Below are positions 61,929 to 64,000 of a stretch of DNA of 64,000 bases, in pieces. The position numbers were made by a program, and so were the translations under genes. Within the stretch, counting starts at the first letter, position 1, and each line of letters opens with the position of its first letter. The notes below the pieces were generated by a model. It made no database searches and was not told the origin of the DNA. It saw only the letters and a program-made list of their open reading frames with translations. The stretch is from Camelus dromedarius (Eukaryota). The DNA lies in the NCBI RefSeq assembly GCF_036321535.1, contig NC_087444.1, positions 39,556,001-39,620,000 on the forward strand. The letters run 5' to 3'.

Positions 61929-64000
61929 ACTTGCTTAGACTGGACCAGAGATAGGATGCTCAGAACGGAAATATGGGAAGGGGGAGTCAAATGGCCTCTT
62001 GTGTAGCCCATGAGAGAGTGTTCCACGGTATCATATAAGTGCAAAACAGAGCTAGTGGATATATAAGCCTTAAAAAAAAAACTCTTTCCCCCATATCTTT
62101 ACATCGTACACAGCTCTGTGTAAATAGTAAGACTCAATGAATGCTTGTTGAATTGATAATATTGGCAGCTTGTTCACTTTATTCTAATTAAATTTCTCTC
62201 TCTAGGTGTAAAATGCCTTTTCATTGAGCACATTTCAGATGGAAGTTTTTAGACACAGACAATGCGGCCACAAAATGAACTCAAATCCTGCTTGGTTTGA
62301 TGAGTGCATTTTATTATCTGGCGTTTGCTAGCAATTAGATACCAAAAATCTGAAGCTTTTGTAAACACAAGGGGGATTAAAGTACAGAGAGCTCACCAAC
62401 TACTTGCGATGCTTTTCGAGGAGATTCAGATGAACTATTTTGCTTTGCATTGCTTGCTTTGCGTCGTTGTGAAAGATTTTCTAGAGCATATCTGCTCTCG
62501 CAGAGGAACTAGGTGAAAGCGGCATTTGAGTGTTTAAGAAAAGAGCCTCAGGGCATATCAACAGACTCTCGTTTATCTAGCGAAGAATCAACTTTGGAAG
62601 ATGTTCCTGCTTACAGTCCACTTTGATCACCTCCCCAGCCGATCTCCATTTCAGCTTAGCCGGTGGATCTTGGAAGCTCATATGTGTTTTGTCACAACTA
62701 TGTGTGAAATATTATGTAATTAAATTTTACATTACATCAGTCCAACTGCATAATAAAATGTTATCTGGTTAATTCTGGTTTCCAAATGTTCTTTATAACC
62801 AACTCAGAGAAAATATTACATGTGATTCATACCACAAATTGTTACGTAGGCATGCAGTAGCATATTTATGATATTATACTGCATGCCAAATGACGCACTA
62901 AATTCAAATACGGACATGCTTATTTCCCTTGTGTTGACAATATGAAGTTCTAAGCATTCTTCTTTAATCAGAACACAGCCAGTTCACTGAAGTCATAAAG
63001 TGGACTTCTCCCAAATCTGCCTGCAATCTGCTTATTACTTCCTTCCTTATTTTCAAAGAAGTAAAGTCATTAGTTGTTCAAAGTGTCAGTAGACAAAAGA
63101 GTGTTTAATATATATGTATGTGAGTGTGTGTATATATTTATAGCCATATAAATACACTGTAAATTTCATAGTTCAGTTACAGCACTGGTGATGCAGGGAT
63201 ATTCCGGAACAAATATTACTTGTCTGTAAATGTTTTCGTTAGAAAAATAATACAGACGAACAAAAGAACTGGGTATTGAAAATGACTGGGATTTGATATG
63301 GTATTTGGATCAGGCTGTCTGAAACAAACAAAAAAAGAGGAGATGATGGTGTTAAAGAGGTATTTCACTGTATCATGAAAAAAAAAAATCAGCCCTTAAT
63401 GTTATCTTTTCCCCAGAATTTAGAAATGATCTGGAAGAGAGTAATGACATTAATTGTATTCATATCAGGTTATGCAAGCATTGGGCTCTTTTCTTTATAA
63501 GTATTATCTAATTGTATTATCACCAAGCCCGTTGTGATTGGCTTCATTCTTTTAGGTTTTCAACATGAAAAAAAAAAAAAAACTGTGATAAGGCCAAGTA
63601 TTAACATTATGATAGAGGTGTAACTATTGAGTACATTCCAAGATGAAATATAAGTAACAAGTTCAGTGACAGTAGACTGGGTACCAAGGATAAGACAAAA
63701 CATCCATTAAAGTTATTTAAATTAAATGTATGGGTTTATTAGCATCAAACTACCAAACTAGCAGCTCATTTATTCAACAAACACAGAGAACCATTCTCAG
63801 CAGTTCCTTGAATATGCTGAAAACAATGGCATTAGGGATAATGGCCAAGGGGTATTTTGGGGGTAGCTTTAGCTATTCATTAGGACTCCAGCCTACTGTA
63901 AAGCTGTTACCACTGCTGTGAACTATAATATGGCTGGTCCCTTTTGGAGTTGTGCAATGTTAACATAGCAGCTCTTCCTGTAATTTTGTCAGTGCTGATC

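Noticed and set aside
62636-62680. Short similarity to 5S rRNA (gccgatctc ... gatcttggaagct), suggesting an AmnSINE or 5S pseudogene
   Set aside because: Only two short words with the wrong spacing, and the rest of 5S is absent.
1-64000. CRISPR arrays, operons or other prokaryotic systems
   Set aside because: The sequence is mammalian and repeat-rich, with no regularly spaced direct repeats or dense coding regions.

Overview
This is AT-rich mammalian DNA, almost certainly camelid (alpaca/llama/camel), judged from two tRNA-derived Vic-1-type SINEs and the absence of recognisable ruminant, pig, horse, carnivore, primate or rodent SINEs. It behaves like deep intronic or intergenic sequence. No recognisable protein-coding gene, RNA gene or CRISPR array is present, and the listed ORFs look like chance or repeat-derived frames. 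Much of the window is layered ancient repeats: L1M-type LINEs, HAL1, L2, MIR, MaLR/ERVL/ERV1 LTRs, Tigger and hAT-Charlie MITEs, and microsatellites. There is one 130-N assembly gap. Repeat family names come from recalled consensus sequences, not from a RepeatMasker run, and boundaries without a stated target-site duplication (TSD) are approximate (about +/-50 bp). The best leads are: (1) an ERVL pol remnant in which most Trp codons have become stops, suggesting APOBEC3-type G-to-A editing; (2) a CpG-retaining unique element near 62.2-63.0 kb with a candidate exon and a hairpin; (3) an unidentified poly(A)-tailed insert inside HAL1; (4) a dense cluster of LTRs at 4.6-10.7 kb, including two copies of one family I cannot name. 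I did not find convincing evidence of a new biological system.
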